Source: the human T2T-CHM13v2.0 reference genome, Homo sapiens
Direction: 5' to 3' (one strand)
Length of the DNA: 64,000 bases
NCBI RefSeq assembly: GCF_009914755.1
Contig: NC_060937.1
Of this stretch, positions 1-15,000 are shown one piece after another; within the stretch, counting starts at the first letter, position 1; every line of letters begins with the position of its first letter. Below the pieces are notes generated by a model. The model ran no database searches and was not told the origin of the DNA. It was given only the letters and a program-made list of their open reading frames with translations. The translations under genes were made by a program, and so were the position numbers.

Positions 1-3000
1 TCCTATCCATTCCATTCGAGTCCATTCCAATACATTCTGTCCCATTCGATTCCTTTGCATTCCATTCCATTCCATTCCATTCAGGTCCATTCCATTCCAT
101 TCCAATCCATTCCTTTCTTGTCCATTCCATTCTACTCGAGTCCATTCCATTCCATTCCATTCCATTACATTTGATTCGAGCCCATTCAATTCCATTCCAT
201 TCCATTCCCCTTGAGGCCATTCCATTGCATTCCATTCAATTCCAGTACATTCCATTCCACCCCATCCACTCGTGGCCACTCCATTCAATTCCATTCGAGT
301 CAATTCCATTGCATTCCATTGGATTCCATTCAATTGCATTCCATTCCATTCCTTTCAAGTCCATTGAATTCCATTCGAGTCCATTCTATCACATTCCATT
401 CGAGTCCATTCCATTGCATTCCATTCAATTCGAGTCTATTCCATTCTATTCCATTTGAGTTTCTTCCATTCCATGCGATTCCATTCCGTTCCGTTCCGTT
501 TCATTCCATTCGGATCCATTCCATTCCATTCCATTGCACTCGAGTTGATTCCATTCTATTCCGTTCCATTTGAGTCCATTCCATTTCATTCGTGTCCATC
601 CCGATACATTCCATTGCATTCGAGGCCACTTCATTCCATTCCATTCCATTCCATTATTTAAATGTCCATTCCGTTCAAACCCATTCTATTCCCTTCCATT
701 CCATTTGATTCCATTACATTCCATTCCATTCCAGTCCTGTCCATTCCATTCCATTCCATTCAATTCGAGTCCATTCAATTCTATTCCATTTGAGCCGATT
801 CCATTCCTTTCCACTCAAGTCCATTCTATTCCATTCGAGTCCATTCCATTCCATCTCATTCAAGTCCATACCATTCCATTCCATTTCATTCCATTCCACT
901 CCATTTCATTCCATTCCTGTCCATTCCATTCCATTCCATTCCATTCCATTGGACTGTGTTCCATTCCATTCCATTCTGTTCCATCCCTTTCCATTCCATT
1001 CCGTTCCATTCCATTCGGTTCCATTCCATTCCACTCCGTTCCACTCCATTCTGTTTCATTCATATCCATTCCATTCCATTCTTCTCGAATACATTCCATT
1101 CCATTGTATTCCATTTGATTCCTTTCCATTGCATTACACTAGAGTCCATTCCATTCCATTCCATTCCATTGGAGTGCATTCCAATCAATTACATTTCATT
1201 CGAGTCCATTCCATTGCATTCGAGTCCTTTCCATTCCATTTCATTCGAGTCCATTCCATTCCAATCCATTCCATTGCATTGCATTCCATTCGAGTCAATT
1301 CCATTCCATTCCATTCCGTTCCATTCCATTCCATATTCCATTCGAGTCAATTCCATTCATTTCAAGTCCATTCCATTCCATTCCATTTGATTCCATTGTA
1401 TTCCATTCCATTCAATTCCATTCCATTCGAATCCATTCTATTTCATTCCATTTCATGCGCTTCCATTCCATTTAATTCCATTCCATTCAATTCGAGTCTA
1501 TTCCATTCCATTGCATTCCATTCGAGTCCATTCCACTGCATTCCATTTCAGTCGAGTCCATTCCATTCCATTCCTCTCTAGTCGATTCCATTCCATTCCA
1601 TTCCTCTCCATTTCATTCTAGTCCATTCCATTCTATTCAATTCCATTCGAGTCTTTTCCATTTCATTCCATTATATTCCCTTCCAATCCGTTCCATTCCA
1701 TTCCATTGCTTTCAGGTCCATTCAATTCAACTGCATTCCCTTCGAGTCCATTCTGTCACAATTTTTTACATTCCATTCTATTCCATTTCAGCACTTTTCA
1801 TTCCATTACTTTCCTTTTGTGTCCATTTCATTTCATTACATTCTTTTCCATTGCATTCCTATTGAGTCCACTCAATTCCATTGCATACCATTCGTGTCCA
1901 TTCCATTTTACTCCATTCCATTCCATTCCATTTGAGTCCATTCCACTCCATTCCGTTCGATCCCATTTCATTCCATTACATTACATTCCGTTCGAGTCCA
2001 TTCCATGCCATTGCATTCGCTTCAAATCGAATCCATTCAATTCCATTCCATTCCTTTCAAATACATTCCACTCCATTCCATTCGAGTCCTTTGCATTCTG
2101 TTCCATTCCACTCGAGTCATTTCCATTCCATTCGAGTCCATTCCATTCCATTCCACTCGAGTCCTTTCCATTGCATTAGAGTCCATTCCATTCCATTCCT
2201 TACCAATCCATTCCTTTCCATTACAGTCTGTTCCATTCCATTCCGTTCCATTCATGTCCATTCCATTACATTCCACTTAAGTCCATTCCATTGCATTCCA
2301 TTCGAGTCCATTCTTTCCATTACATTCCTTTCGAGTCCATTCCATTCCATTCGAGTCCTTTCCATTCCATTTCTTTCCAATCCTATCTATTCCATTCCAT
2401 TCTATTCCATTCCTTTGGAGTCCCTTCCATTCTATTGGAGTCCCTTCCATTCCATTCCATTCCTATCTCTTCCATTGCATTCCATTCAATTCCATTCCAC
2501 TCCATTCCAATGCATTCCATTTCATTCCATTCTGTTCTTCTCCATTCCATTCCGTTCCATTCCAATTGGGTCCATTCCATTCCGTTACATTCGAGTCTAT
2601 TCCGATCAATTACATTCCATTCGAGTGCATTCCATTGCATTCGAGTCCTTTCCATTCCCTTTCATTCGAGACCTTTCAATTGCACTGCATTCTATTCCAT
2701 TGAAGCCCATTCCATTCCATTCCACTCCATTCCATTCCTTTCCATTCGAGTCCATTCCATTCCATTCCATTCCATTAGAGTCCATTCCATTCCATTCGAG
2801 TCCATTCCATTCCATTTCTTTTGAGTCCCTTCCATTACATTCTATTCCATTCGAGTGCATTCCAAAGCATTCCATTCCATTCGAGCACATTCCATTCCAT
2901 TCGAGTCCATTCCATTCCATTCAAATCCATACCATTCCATTCAATTCCATTCCATTTCAATCCATTGCGTTCCGTTCCATTCTGTCCCATTCCATTCCAT

Positions 3001-6000
3001 TCCGTTCCATTCCATTCCGTTCCTCTCCATTCCGTTGCATTCCATTCTGTTCCATTCCATTTGGGTCCATTCCATTCGCATCCATTCAATTCCATTCCTT
3101 TGCACTGGAGTTGATTCCATTCCATTCCATTCCATTCCATTCGAGTCCTTTCTTTTTCATTCAAGTCCATTCCGTTCCATTCCATTCCATTCGTAGCCAC
3201 TTCTTTCAATTCCATTCCATTCCATTCCATTCCATGCTTTTCGGGTCCATTCATTTCAAATGCATTCCATTCCATTCCCTTCCATTCCATTCCATTCCAG
3301 TCCATTTAATTCCATTCCATTCCATTCCATTCCATTCCATTCCATTCCATTCCATTCGAGTTCATTCCATTCCGTGTTATTCTATTCTATTCGAGTCTAT
3401 TCAATTCCATTCCATTCCATTTGAGTCCATTCTACTCTATTACGTTCAATTCCATACCATTGCATTCGAGTCCATTCCTTTCTATTGCATTCGAGTCCAT
3501 TCCGTTCCATACCATTCTATTTGAATCCATTCCATTCAATTCTATTCCAATCCATTCCATTCCATTCCATTTGAGACCAATCCATTCCTTTCCATTCAAT
3601 TCCAATTCATTCCATTCCAACCCTTCCATTCGTGGCCACTGCATTCAATTGCTTTTGAGTCAGTTCCATTACATTCCATTCAATTCCATTTGATTCCATT
3701 CAATTCCTTTCGAGTACATTTAATTCCATTCAAGTCCATTCTATTCCATTCCATTCGAGTCCATTCCATTCCATTCCGTTCGGTTTCATTTCATTCCATT
3801 CCTTTCAATTCCATTCATTCCATTCAAGTCCATTCAATTCCATTATATTCCATTCCAATCCATTCCATTCCATTCCATTCAATACCATTCCATTCCATTT
3901 GAATCCATTTCATTTCATTCTATTCCATTCCTCTCCATTCCATTCTATTCCATTCCACTCCATTCTCTCCATTCCATTCCATTCTTTTCGAGTCCTTTGC
4001 ATTCTACTCGCTTCCATTCCATTCCATTCCATTCAATACCATTCCATTCCATTTGAATCCATTTCATTTCATTCTATTCCATTCCTCTCCATTCCATTCT
4101 ATTCCATTCTACTCCATTCTCTCCATTCCATTTGGGTCCATTCCATTCCATTCCTTTAGAGTCCTTTGCATTCTACTCAATTCCACTCCATTCCATTCCA
4201 TTCCTGTCCATTCCACTCCATTACATTACATTCGATTCGAGTCCATTCAATTCCATTCCATTCCATTCCATTTGAGCCCACTCCATTACTTTCCATTCAA
4301 TTCAAGTCCATCCCATTCCACACCTTCCATTCGTGGCCACTCCATTCAATTCCATTTGAGTCAAGTCCATTGCATTCCATTTGATTCCATTCCATTGCAT
4401 TCCATTCCATTCCTTTCGAGTCCATTGAATTCCATTCAAGTCCATTCTATTCCATTGTATTCGAGTCCATTCCAAAGCATTTCATTCCATTCGAGTCTAT
4501 TCCATTCGAGTCTATTCCATTCCATGTGAGTCCATTCTGTTCCGTTCCCCTCCGTTCCATTCTGATCCGTTCAATTCCATTTGGGTCCATTCTATTCCAT
4601 TCGAATCCATTCCATTCCATTCCATTGCACTCTAGTCGATTCCATTCTCTTCCAATCCATTCGAGTCTATTTCATTTCATTCGAGTCCATTCCAATCCAT
4701 TCCATTCCATTCGAGGCCACTTCATTCCATTCCATTCCATTCAAGACCTTTCCATGCCATACCTTTCCATTCGAGTCCATTCCATTCCATTCCATTCGAG
4801 TCCATTCCATTCCTTTCCACTCGAGTCAATTCTATTCCATTTGAGTCCATTCCATTCCATTTCATGCAAGTCCATTCCATTCCATTCCATTCCATTCCAT
4901 TCCATTCCATTCCACTCCATTTCATTCCAATCCACTCCATTCCATTCCATTCGTGTCCATTGCATTCAATTCCATTCAAGTGTGTTCCTTTTCATTCCGT
5001 TCCTTTCCATTCCATTCCATTCGTGTCCGTTCTTTTCCATTCCATTCAAGTGTGTTCCATTCCTTTCCATTCCTTTCCATTCCATTCCAACCCATTCCAT
5101 TCCATTCCATTCAATTCGGGTCCTTTCCATTCCACTCCATTCCATTCCATTCGTGTCTATTCCATTCCATTCCTTTCGAATCCAATCCATTCCATTATAT
5201 TCCTTTCGAGTCCATTCCATTCCACTTGAGTTCATTCCATTCCATTCCACTCGAATCCATTCCAATCAATTACATTCCTTTCGAGTCCATTCCATTGCAT
5301 TTGAGTAGTTTCCTTTCCTTTTCATTCGAGTCCATTGCATTCCACTCCCTTCTATTCCATTGAAGACCATTCCATTCCATTCCACTCCATTCCATTCCAT
5401 TCCATTTGAGTCATTTCCATTCCATCTTATTCCATTCGATTCCATTCCATTCCATTTCATTAGAATCCATACCATTAGATTCCAATCCAGTAAATTCTAC
5501 TGTATTCCATTAGAGTCCATTCCATTTCATTCCATTCCATTCGAGTCCATTCCTTTCCATTTTAAGTCCATTCCTTTCCATTCCATTCCATTCCAATCCA
5601 TGCCATTCCTTTCAATTCCATTCCATTCCATTCTATTCTATTCCATTCCATTCCATTCCATTCCATTCCATTCCATTACATGCCATTCCACACTTTTCGT
5701 GTCCATTTCATTACATTCCCTTGGAGTCTATTTCGTTCCATTCTATTCCATTCCACTACATTCCATTCCACTTGGGTCCATTCCATTCCATTCCTTTCGA
5801 TTCCATTCATTCCATTCCAATCCTTTCCATTCCATTCCATTCAATACCATTCCATTTCTTTTGAGTCCATTTCATTTCATTCTATTCCATTCCTCTCCAT
5901 TCAATTCTATTCCATTGCACTCCATTTTCTCCATTCAATTCGGGTCCAGTCCATTCCATTCTTTTGGAGTCCATTCCATTCCACTGGAGACCATTCCATT

Positions 6001-9000
6001 CCATTCCATTCCATTCGAGTCCATTCCATTCCTTTATATTCCATTCGATTTGTGTCCATTCAATTCCATTCCATTTCAGCCCAATTGATTCCTATGCATT
6101 CAATTCCAGTCCGTTCCATTCCACCATTTCCTTTTGTGACCTCTCCGTTCAATTGAATTTGAGTCAATTCCATTGCATTCCATTCGATTGCATTCCATTG
6201 TCTTCCATTCCATTGTTTTCAAGTCCATTGAAATCCATTCGATTCCATTCTATTCCATTCCATTCTAGTCCATTCCTTTGCATTCTATTCCATGCTATTC
6301 GGGTCCATTCCTTTCCATTCCATTCCATTCCATTCCATTCTGACTCCTTTCCATTCCATTCCATTCCTGTCCATTCCATTCCATTCCATTCGAGTCCATT
6401 TTTTTCCTTTCCACTCGAGTCCATTCTATTCCATTCGAGTCCATTCCATTCCATTTCATTCAAGTCCATTCCATTCCAAACCATGATATTCCATTCCATT
6501 CCATTCCATTCCATTCCATTCCATTCTGCTCCATTTCATTCCATTCGTGTCCATTCCATTCCATTCGAGTGTGGTCCATTCCATTCCGTTCCATTCCATT
6601 CTGTTCCATTCAGTTCCATTCGGTTCCCTTCCATTCGATTCCATTCCAATCCCATTCAATTCTTTTCCTGTCCATTCCATTCCATTCCTTTCGAATCCAT
6701 TCCATTCCATTATATTCCGTTCGAGTCCGTTCCTTTCCATTCCACTTGAGTCCATTCCATTCCATTCCCTTCATGTCGATTCCAATCAATTTCAGTACAT
6801 TCAAGTCCATTCCATTGCATTCGAGTCCTTTCCATTTCATGTCATTTGAGTGTATTCCATTCTAATCCATTCTATTCCATCGAAGCCCATTCCGTTCCAT
6901 TCCACTCCATTCCCGTCCATTCCATTCATGTCAATTCCATTCCATTCTATTCCATTCGATTCCATTCCTTTCCATTCCATTAGAGTCCATACCATTATAT
7001 TCCAATCCAGTAAATTCCACTGTATTCCATTCGAGTCCATTCCATTTCATTCGTTTCCATTGGAGTCCATTCCTTTCCTTTCGAGTCCATTCCTTTTTGT
7101 TCCATTCCATTCCAATCCATTCCATTGTTTTCTATTCCATTCCATTCCATTCCATAACATTCCATTCGATGCCATTCCACTCTTTCGATTCCATTTAATT
7201 ACATTCCCTTCAAGTCTATTCCATTCCATTCTAATCCATTACACTCCATTCCATTCCTTTCTATTCCATTCCATTCCATTCCATAACATTCCATTCAATG
7301 CCATTCCTCTCTTTTCGATTCCATTTAATTACATTCCCTTCGAGTCTATTCCATTCCATTCCATTCCATTCAATAACATTCCATTCCTTTTGAGTCCATT
7401 TCATTTCATTCTATTCAATTCCTCTCCATTCCATTCTATTCCATTCCACTCCATTCTCTCCATTCCATTGAGGTCCATTCCATTCTATTCCTTTTGAATC
7501 CATTCCATTGTACTCGAGTCCATTCCATTCTATTCCATTCGCGCCTCTTCCATTCTATTCCATTCAAGTCTATTCCATTCCATTCCATTAGAGTCCATTC
7601 CATTACATTCCATTGTATTCCATTCGAGTTCATTCCATTCCATTCCATTCATGTCTATTTCATTCTATTCGATTGCATTCCATTCCAATTCTTTCAAGTC
7701 CATTCCACTCCATTCAATTCTATTCATTCAAATCCATTCCATTCCATACCATACCATTCCGGTCCGTTCCATTCCATCCCATTCTGGTCCATTCCTTTCC
7801 ATTCTATTCGAGTCTATTCCATTCCATTCAAGTCCATGACATTCCATTCCTTTCCACTCGAGACCATTCCTTTCCATTCCGTTAGGGTCCATTCCTATCC
7901 ATTCCATTCGAGTCCATTCCAATACATTCCATCACATTCGATTCCATTGCATTCCTATCCATTCCATTCGGGTCCATTCCATTCTATTCCATTCCTTTAG
8001 GTTCCATTCCATTCCATTCCATTCGAGTCCATTCCATTCCATTTCATTCTTGTCCATTCCATTCAATTCCATTCTCTTCCATTCAAGTCCATTCCATTCC
8101 ATTCAATTTGAGACCATATAATTTCATTCCATTCCAATGGAGTACATTCCATTCCATTAGAGTCCATTCCATTGGACTCCAATCCAGTAAATTCCGTACT
8201 ATTCCATTCGAGCCCATTCCATTTCATTTCATTCCCTTCGATTCCATTCCATTCATTTCAAGTCCATTCCATTCGATTCCATTGCATTCCATTCCATTCC
8301 ATTCCAATCAATTCCATTCCGTTCTATTCCATTCAAATCTACTCCATTCCATTCCATTCCGTTCCAATCAATTCCATTCCGTTCTATTCCATTCAAATCT
8401 ACTCCATTCCATTCCATTCCATTTGCATCCAATCCATTTCATTCGAGTTCATTCCATTCAATTCCATTCGATACCATTACATATCATTCCATTCAAATCC
8501 GTTAAATTTCATTCCATTCGAGTCAATTCCATTCCATTACGTTCCATTCCATTCCTTTAGAGTCTATTCCATTCCATTCCATTCTATTTGGGTCCATTCA
8601 ATTGCATTCCTTTTGAATCCATTGCATTCAATTCCATTCCATTCTAATGCATTCCATTGCATTCTAATAGAGTCCATTCCACTAAATTCCAATCTATTCC
8701 ATTCGAGTCAGTTCCCTTCCATTCCATTCAATTCGTGGCCTGTCCTTCCATTGGAGTCCATTCCATTCCATTCCTTTTATATTCATTCCATTCCATCCCT
8801 TTCTGTTCCATTCAAGCCCATTCTAATCCACACCATTCAATCCCATTCCATTCCGTTCCATTCCATTCCATTCCATTCCATTCCTTTCCATTGCATTCCA
8901 TTCCATTCGTGTCCATTACATTCCTTTCCATTCCATTCGCGTCTGTTCCATTCCATTCGATTCCAGTCCATTTAATTCATTTTGATTCCATTCGAGTCCA

Positions 9001-12000
9001 TTCCACTCCATTGCATTAGAGTACATTCCATTCGATTCCATTCCATTCTATTTGAGTCCATTCCTTTCTATTACATTTGAGTCAATTCCATTCCATTCCA
9101 TTCCAGTGCAATCCATTCCATTCCATTCCATTCCATTCCATTCCATTCCATTCCATTCCACGTGAGTCTTTTCGTTTCCATTCCATTCCATTCTAATCTA
9201 TTCCATTCCATTGGCATTCATTCCATTGAATTCCATTCGAGTCAGTTCCATTCTATTCCATTCGTGTCCATTATCTTCCATTCCATTCCATTAAAATCAA
9301 TTCCATTCCATTCCATTGCTATCCATTCCATTCAATTTCATTCCATTCCATTCCATTCCGTTCCATCCCATTTGGGTCCATTCCATTCCACTCCATTCAA
9401 GTCCATTCCATTCGAGTATATTCCCTTCCATTGCATGCCATTCGAATACATTCCACTGCATTCCATTTCGTTTGAGTCCATTCCATTCCATTTGAGTCCA
9501 TTCCATTCCATTCCATTCCATTCGAGTACATTCCTTTCCATTACTTTCCATTCAAATCTTTTCCATGGCATTTGAGTCCTTTCCATTCCGTTTGATTCGA
9601 ATCCATTCCTCTCCATTCCATTTTATTCCATTCATGTCCTTTCCGTTACATTCCACTCCACTCAATTCCCTTCCCTTCCAGTCCATTCCATTCCATCCCA
9701 TTCCATTCTGTATCTTTCGTGTCCATTCCATTCTATTCCATTTGAATCCATTCTATTCTATTCTCTTCCATTCGAGTCCATTCCATTCCATTCCAATAGA
9801 GTCCATACCATTAGATTACAAACCGGAAAATTTCACTCTATTCCATTTGAGTCCATTCCACTGCATTCCATTCCATTTCATTCGAGTACATTTAATTGCA
9901 TTCGAGTCCATTCCATTCCATTCCATTCCATTCTATTCGAGTCCATTCCATACCATTACATTCCATTCGACTCGAATCCATTCAACTCCCTTCCATTCCA
10001 TTGAAACCCAATCAACTCCATTCCAATCGAGTCCATTCTATTCCATTAAATTCAACTAGAGTCCATTTTCCATTCCATTCAAGTCAATTCTATTCCATAT
10101 CATTCGAGTCCATTCCATTCCTTTCCATTCTAATCCATTCAAGTCCATTCCATTCTATTCCATTCCATTCCATTCCAGTCCATTCCATTCCATTCTATTT
10201 CATTCGATTCCATTCCATTCCATTCCATTCGAGTCCATTCCATTACATTCTATTGCATTCGATTCCATTCCATTACATTCCACTTGAGTCCATTCCTTTC
10301 CATTCCATTCGAGTCCATTCCATTGCAGTCGACTCCATTCCATTCCATTTTATTTGAGTCCATTCCAATCAATTCCATTCTATTGCATTCCATTCCATGC
10401 CATTCCATTCCGTTCCATTCCATTCCATTCTATTCGAGTCCATTCCATTCCGTTCGCTTCCATTCAAGTCTATTCCATTCCATTTCGTTAGTCAATTCCG
10501 TTAGATTCCAGTCCAATAAATTCCATTCTATTCTATTTGAGTCCATTCCATTCCATTCCACTTGAGTCCACTCCATTCAATTCCATTCTCTACTAATCCA
10601 TTCTGTTCCATTCTATTCCATTCCATTCCATTCCATTCAAGTCCATTCCATTCCCATCCTTTTGAGTCCATTCTATTCCGTTCCTTACCTTTCAAGTTTA
10701 TTTCATTCCATTGCATGCCATTCCAGTCCATTCCACTGCATTCCATTTCATTCGAGTCCATTGCATTCCATTCCACTCGAGTCGATTTTATTGCTTTCCA
10801 TTCCATTCAGGTCCATTCCATTTCATTTGAGTCCATTCCATTCCTTTCCATTCCATTCGAATCCATTCCATTCCATTCCATTCCATTCCAATCCATACGT
10901 TTCAGGTACATTCAATTGAACTGCTTTCCATTCGAGTCCATTCCATTCCATTCCACGCCATTCCATTCCATTCCATTCGAGTCCATTCCATGCCATTCCA
11001 TTTGAGTCCATTTCATTCCATTCCATTCCATTCCATTTGAGTTCATTCCATTCCATTCCAGCCCATTCCATTCCAATCCATTCGTCTCCACACCGTTCAA
11101 ATCCAAACCATTCCATTAGAGTCCACTCCATTCCTTTGCATTCGAGTCCATTCGAATCCACTCTCTTCCATTAGAGTCCATTCCATTCCATTCCATTCGA
11201 GTCCATCCCATTCCATTTTATTCCATTTCATTCCATTCCATTGAATTCCAATCCATTCAATGCCCTTCCATTACTCTCCATTCCATTCCATTCCATTCCT
11301 TTCAATTCCATTTGGGATCATTCCATTCCTGTCCTTTCGATTCCATTCCATTCCATTCCATTCCATTCCATTCCATTAGAGTATATTCCATTCCAATGCA
11401 TGCCATTCTACTACATTCTACTGCATTCCATTTCATTCGAGTCCATTCCATCCCATTTGAGTCCATTCCATTCCATTCGAGTCCATTCCATTCCATTATA
11501 TTCCATTCGAGTCCATTCCATTGCATTTCAGTCCTATCCATTCCATTCCATTCCATTCGAGTCCTTTCCATTGCATTTCAGTCCTATCCATTCCATTTCA
11601 TTCTAGTCAATTCCTTTCCATTCCATTTTATTCCATTCAATTGCATTCCATTCTATTCCACTCCGTTCGATTCCTTCCATATCAGTCCATTCCATTCCAT
11701 CCCATTCCATTCCATACATTTCGTGTTCATTCTATTCCATTCCGTTTGAGTCCATTCCATTCCATTCTCTTCCATTCGAGTGCATTCCACTCCACGGTCT
11801 TCCATTGGAGTCCGTTCCATTCCATTCCATTAGATTCCATACCATTAGATTTCAATCCGGAAAATTCCATTCTATTCCATTTGAGTCCTTTCCATTGCAT
11901 TCCATTCCATTCCATTCGAGTACACTCCGTTGCATTTGAGTCCATTCCATTCCATTCCATTCCATTCCATTTCATTCCATTCCATTCCTTTTGAGTCCGT

Positions 12001-15000
12001 TTCATTCCATTCCATTCCATTTGTTTCGACTCCATTTAGTCCATTCCAAACCACTACATTCTGTTCCACTCGAATCCATTCAATTCCCTTCCATTCCATT
12101 GAACCCCTTTCCACTCCATTCCACTCCATTCCAATCAAGTCCATTCTACTCCATTAAATTCAACTAGATTCCATTCCATTCCATTTGATTCCATTCTATT
12201 CCACGTCATTAGAGTCCATTCCATTCCTTTCCATTCTATTCCACTCAAGTCCATTCCATTGCTTTCCATTCCATTCCATTCCTGTTGATTCCATTCGACT
12301 CCATTCCATTCCATTCTATTGCATTTGAGTCCATTCCATTCCATTCCATTTGAGTCCATTCCATTCCGTTCCATTCTATTCCATTCCATTCGACTCCATT
12401 CCATTCCATTTCATTAGAGTCCATTCCTTTCCATTCCGTTCTATTGCATTCAACTCTATTCCATTCCATTCCATTCCATTCCATTCGAGTCCATTTCATT
12501 CCATTTCAGTAGAGTCAATTCCGTTAGACTCCAATCCAGTAAATTCCATTCTCTTCCATTCAAGTCCATTCCATTCCATTCCACTTGAGTCTACTCCATA
12601 CAATTCCATTCTATTCCAATCCATTCTGTTCCATTCTATTCTATTCCATTCCATTCCATTCCATTCGGATCCATTCCATTACCTTCCATTCGAATCCATT
12701 CCATTCCATTCGAGTTTATTCCATTCCATTTCATGTCATTCCAGTCGATTCCACTGCATTCCATTTCATTCGGCTCCATTCCATTCCATTCCATTCGAAT
12801 CGACTCTAATCCATTCCATTTCATTTGTGTCCATTATATTTCATTCCAGTCCATTCCATTCCATTCCATTCCATTCCTTTTCATTCAATTCCATTCCATT
12901 CCATTCCATTCCATTCCATTCGAGTCCATTCCATGCCATTCCATTTGAGTCCGTTTCATTCCATTCCGTTGCATTCCACTCGTGTTCATTCCATTCCATT
13001 CCAGTCCATTCCATTCGAATCCATTCGTCTCCACACCGTTCGAATCTAAACCATTCCATTCGAGTCCATTCCAATCCACTCTCTTCCATTAGAGTCCATT
13101 CCATTCCATTCGTGTCCATCCCATTCCATTTTATTCCATTTCATTCCATTCCATTCCATTCTAATCCATTCAATGCCCTTCTATTCCTCTCCATTCCATT
13201 CCTTTCAATTCCATTCGGGTCCATTCCATTCCTGTCCATTCGATTCCATTCGATTCGATTCCATTCCATTCCATTCCATTAGAGTGTATTCCATTCCAAT
13301 GCATGCCATTCTACTACATTCCACTGCATTCCATTTCATTCGAGTCCATTCCATTCCATTTGAGTACATTCCATTCCATTTCATTCGAGTCCATTCCATT
13401 CCATTATATTCCATTCCAGTCCATTCCATTGCATTTCAGTCCTATCCATTCCATTCCATTCCATTCGAGTCCATTCCATTGCATTTCAGTCTTATCCATT
13501 CCATTTCATTCTAGTCCATTCCTTTCCATTCCATTTTATTCCATTCAAGTCCATTCCATTCTATTCCACTCCGTTCCATTCCGTCCATTCCAATCCATTC
13601 CATTCCATCCCATTCCATTCCATACATTTTGTGTCCATACCATTCCATTCCGCTTGAGTCCATTCCATTCCATTCTCTTCCATTCGAGTCCATTCCATTC
13701 CATTCTCTTCCATTTGAGTCCATTCCATTCCATTTGAGTCCATACCATTAGATTTCAATCCGGACAATTCCATTCTATTCCATTTGAGTCCTTTCCATTC
13801 CATTCCATTCGAGTACATTCCATTGCATTCGATTTCATTCCATTCCATTCCAATCCATTAAATTATATTCAATTCCATTCCATTTCATTCCATTCCATTC
13901 CATCCCATTCCTCTCGAGTCCATTTCTTTCCATTCCATTCCATTTCCTTCCACTCCATTTGAGTCCATTCCATACCATTACATTCCGTTCTACACGAATC
14001 CATTCAATTCCCTTCCATTCCATTGAAACCCATTCCACTCCATTCCACTCCATTCCAATCGAGTCCATTCTATTCCATTAAAATCAACTAGAGTCCATTC
14101 CATTCCATTTGATTCCATTCTATTCCATGTCATTTGAGTCCATTCCATTCCTTTCCATTCTCTTCCACTCAAGTCCATTCCATTGCATTCCATTTTATTC
14201 CATTACACTCCATTCCATTCCATTCCATTCCATTCTATTGCATTTGAGTCCATTTCATTCCATTCCATTTGAGTCCATGCCATTCCTTTCCATTTGAGTC
14301 CATTCCATTCTGTTCCATTCTATTCCATTCCATTCGTCTCCATTCCTTTCCATTCCGTTCTATTACATTCAACTCTATTCCATTCCATTCCATTCCATGC
14401 CATTCCATTCCATTCCATTCGAGTCCATTCCACTCCATTTCAGTAGAGTCAATTCCGTTGGATTCCAATCCAGTAAATTCCATTCTATTCCATTCGAGTC
14501 CATTCCATTCCATTCCACTTGAGTCCACTCCTTTCAATTCCATTCTATTCCAATCCATTCTGTTCCATTCTATTCTATTCCATTACATTCCATTCCATTC
14601 GGGTCCATTCCATTACGTTCCATTCGACTCCATTCCATTCCATTCGAGTTTATTCCATTCCATTTCATGCCTTTCCAGTCGATTCCACTGCATTCCATTT
14701 CATTCGGGTCCATTCCATTCCATTTCATTCAAATCGACTCTATTCCATTCCATTTCATTCGGGTCCATTCTATTTCATTCCATTCCATTCCATTTCTTTC
14801 CATTCCATTCGAGTCCTTTCCATGCCATTCCATTTGAGTCCATTTCATTCCATTCCATTCGAATTCATTCCATTCCATTCCAGTCCATTCCATTCGCATC
14901 CATTCGGCTCCACTCCGTTTGAGTCCATACCATTCCATTTGACTCCATTCCATTCCATTTCATTCAAGGCCATTCCAATCCACTCTTTTTCCATTTGAGT

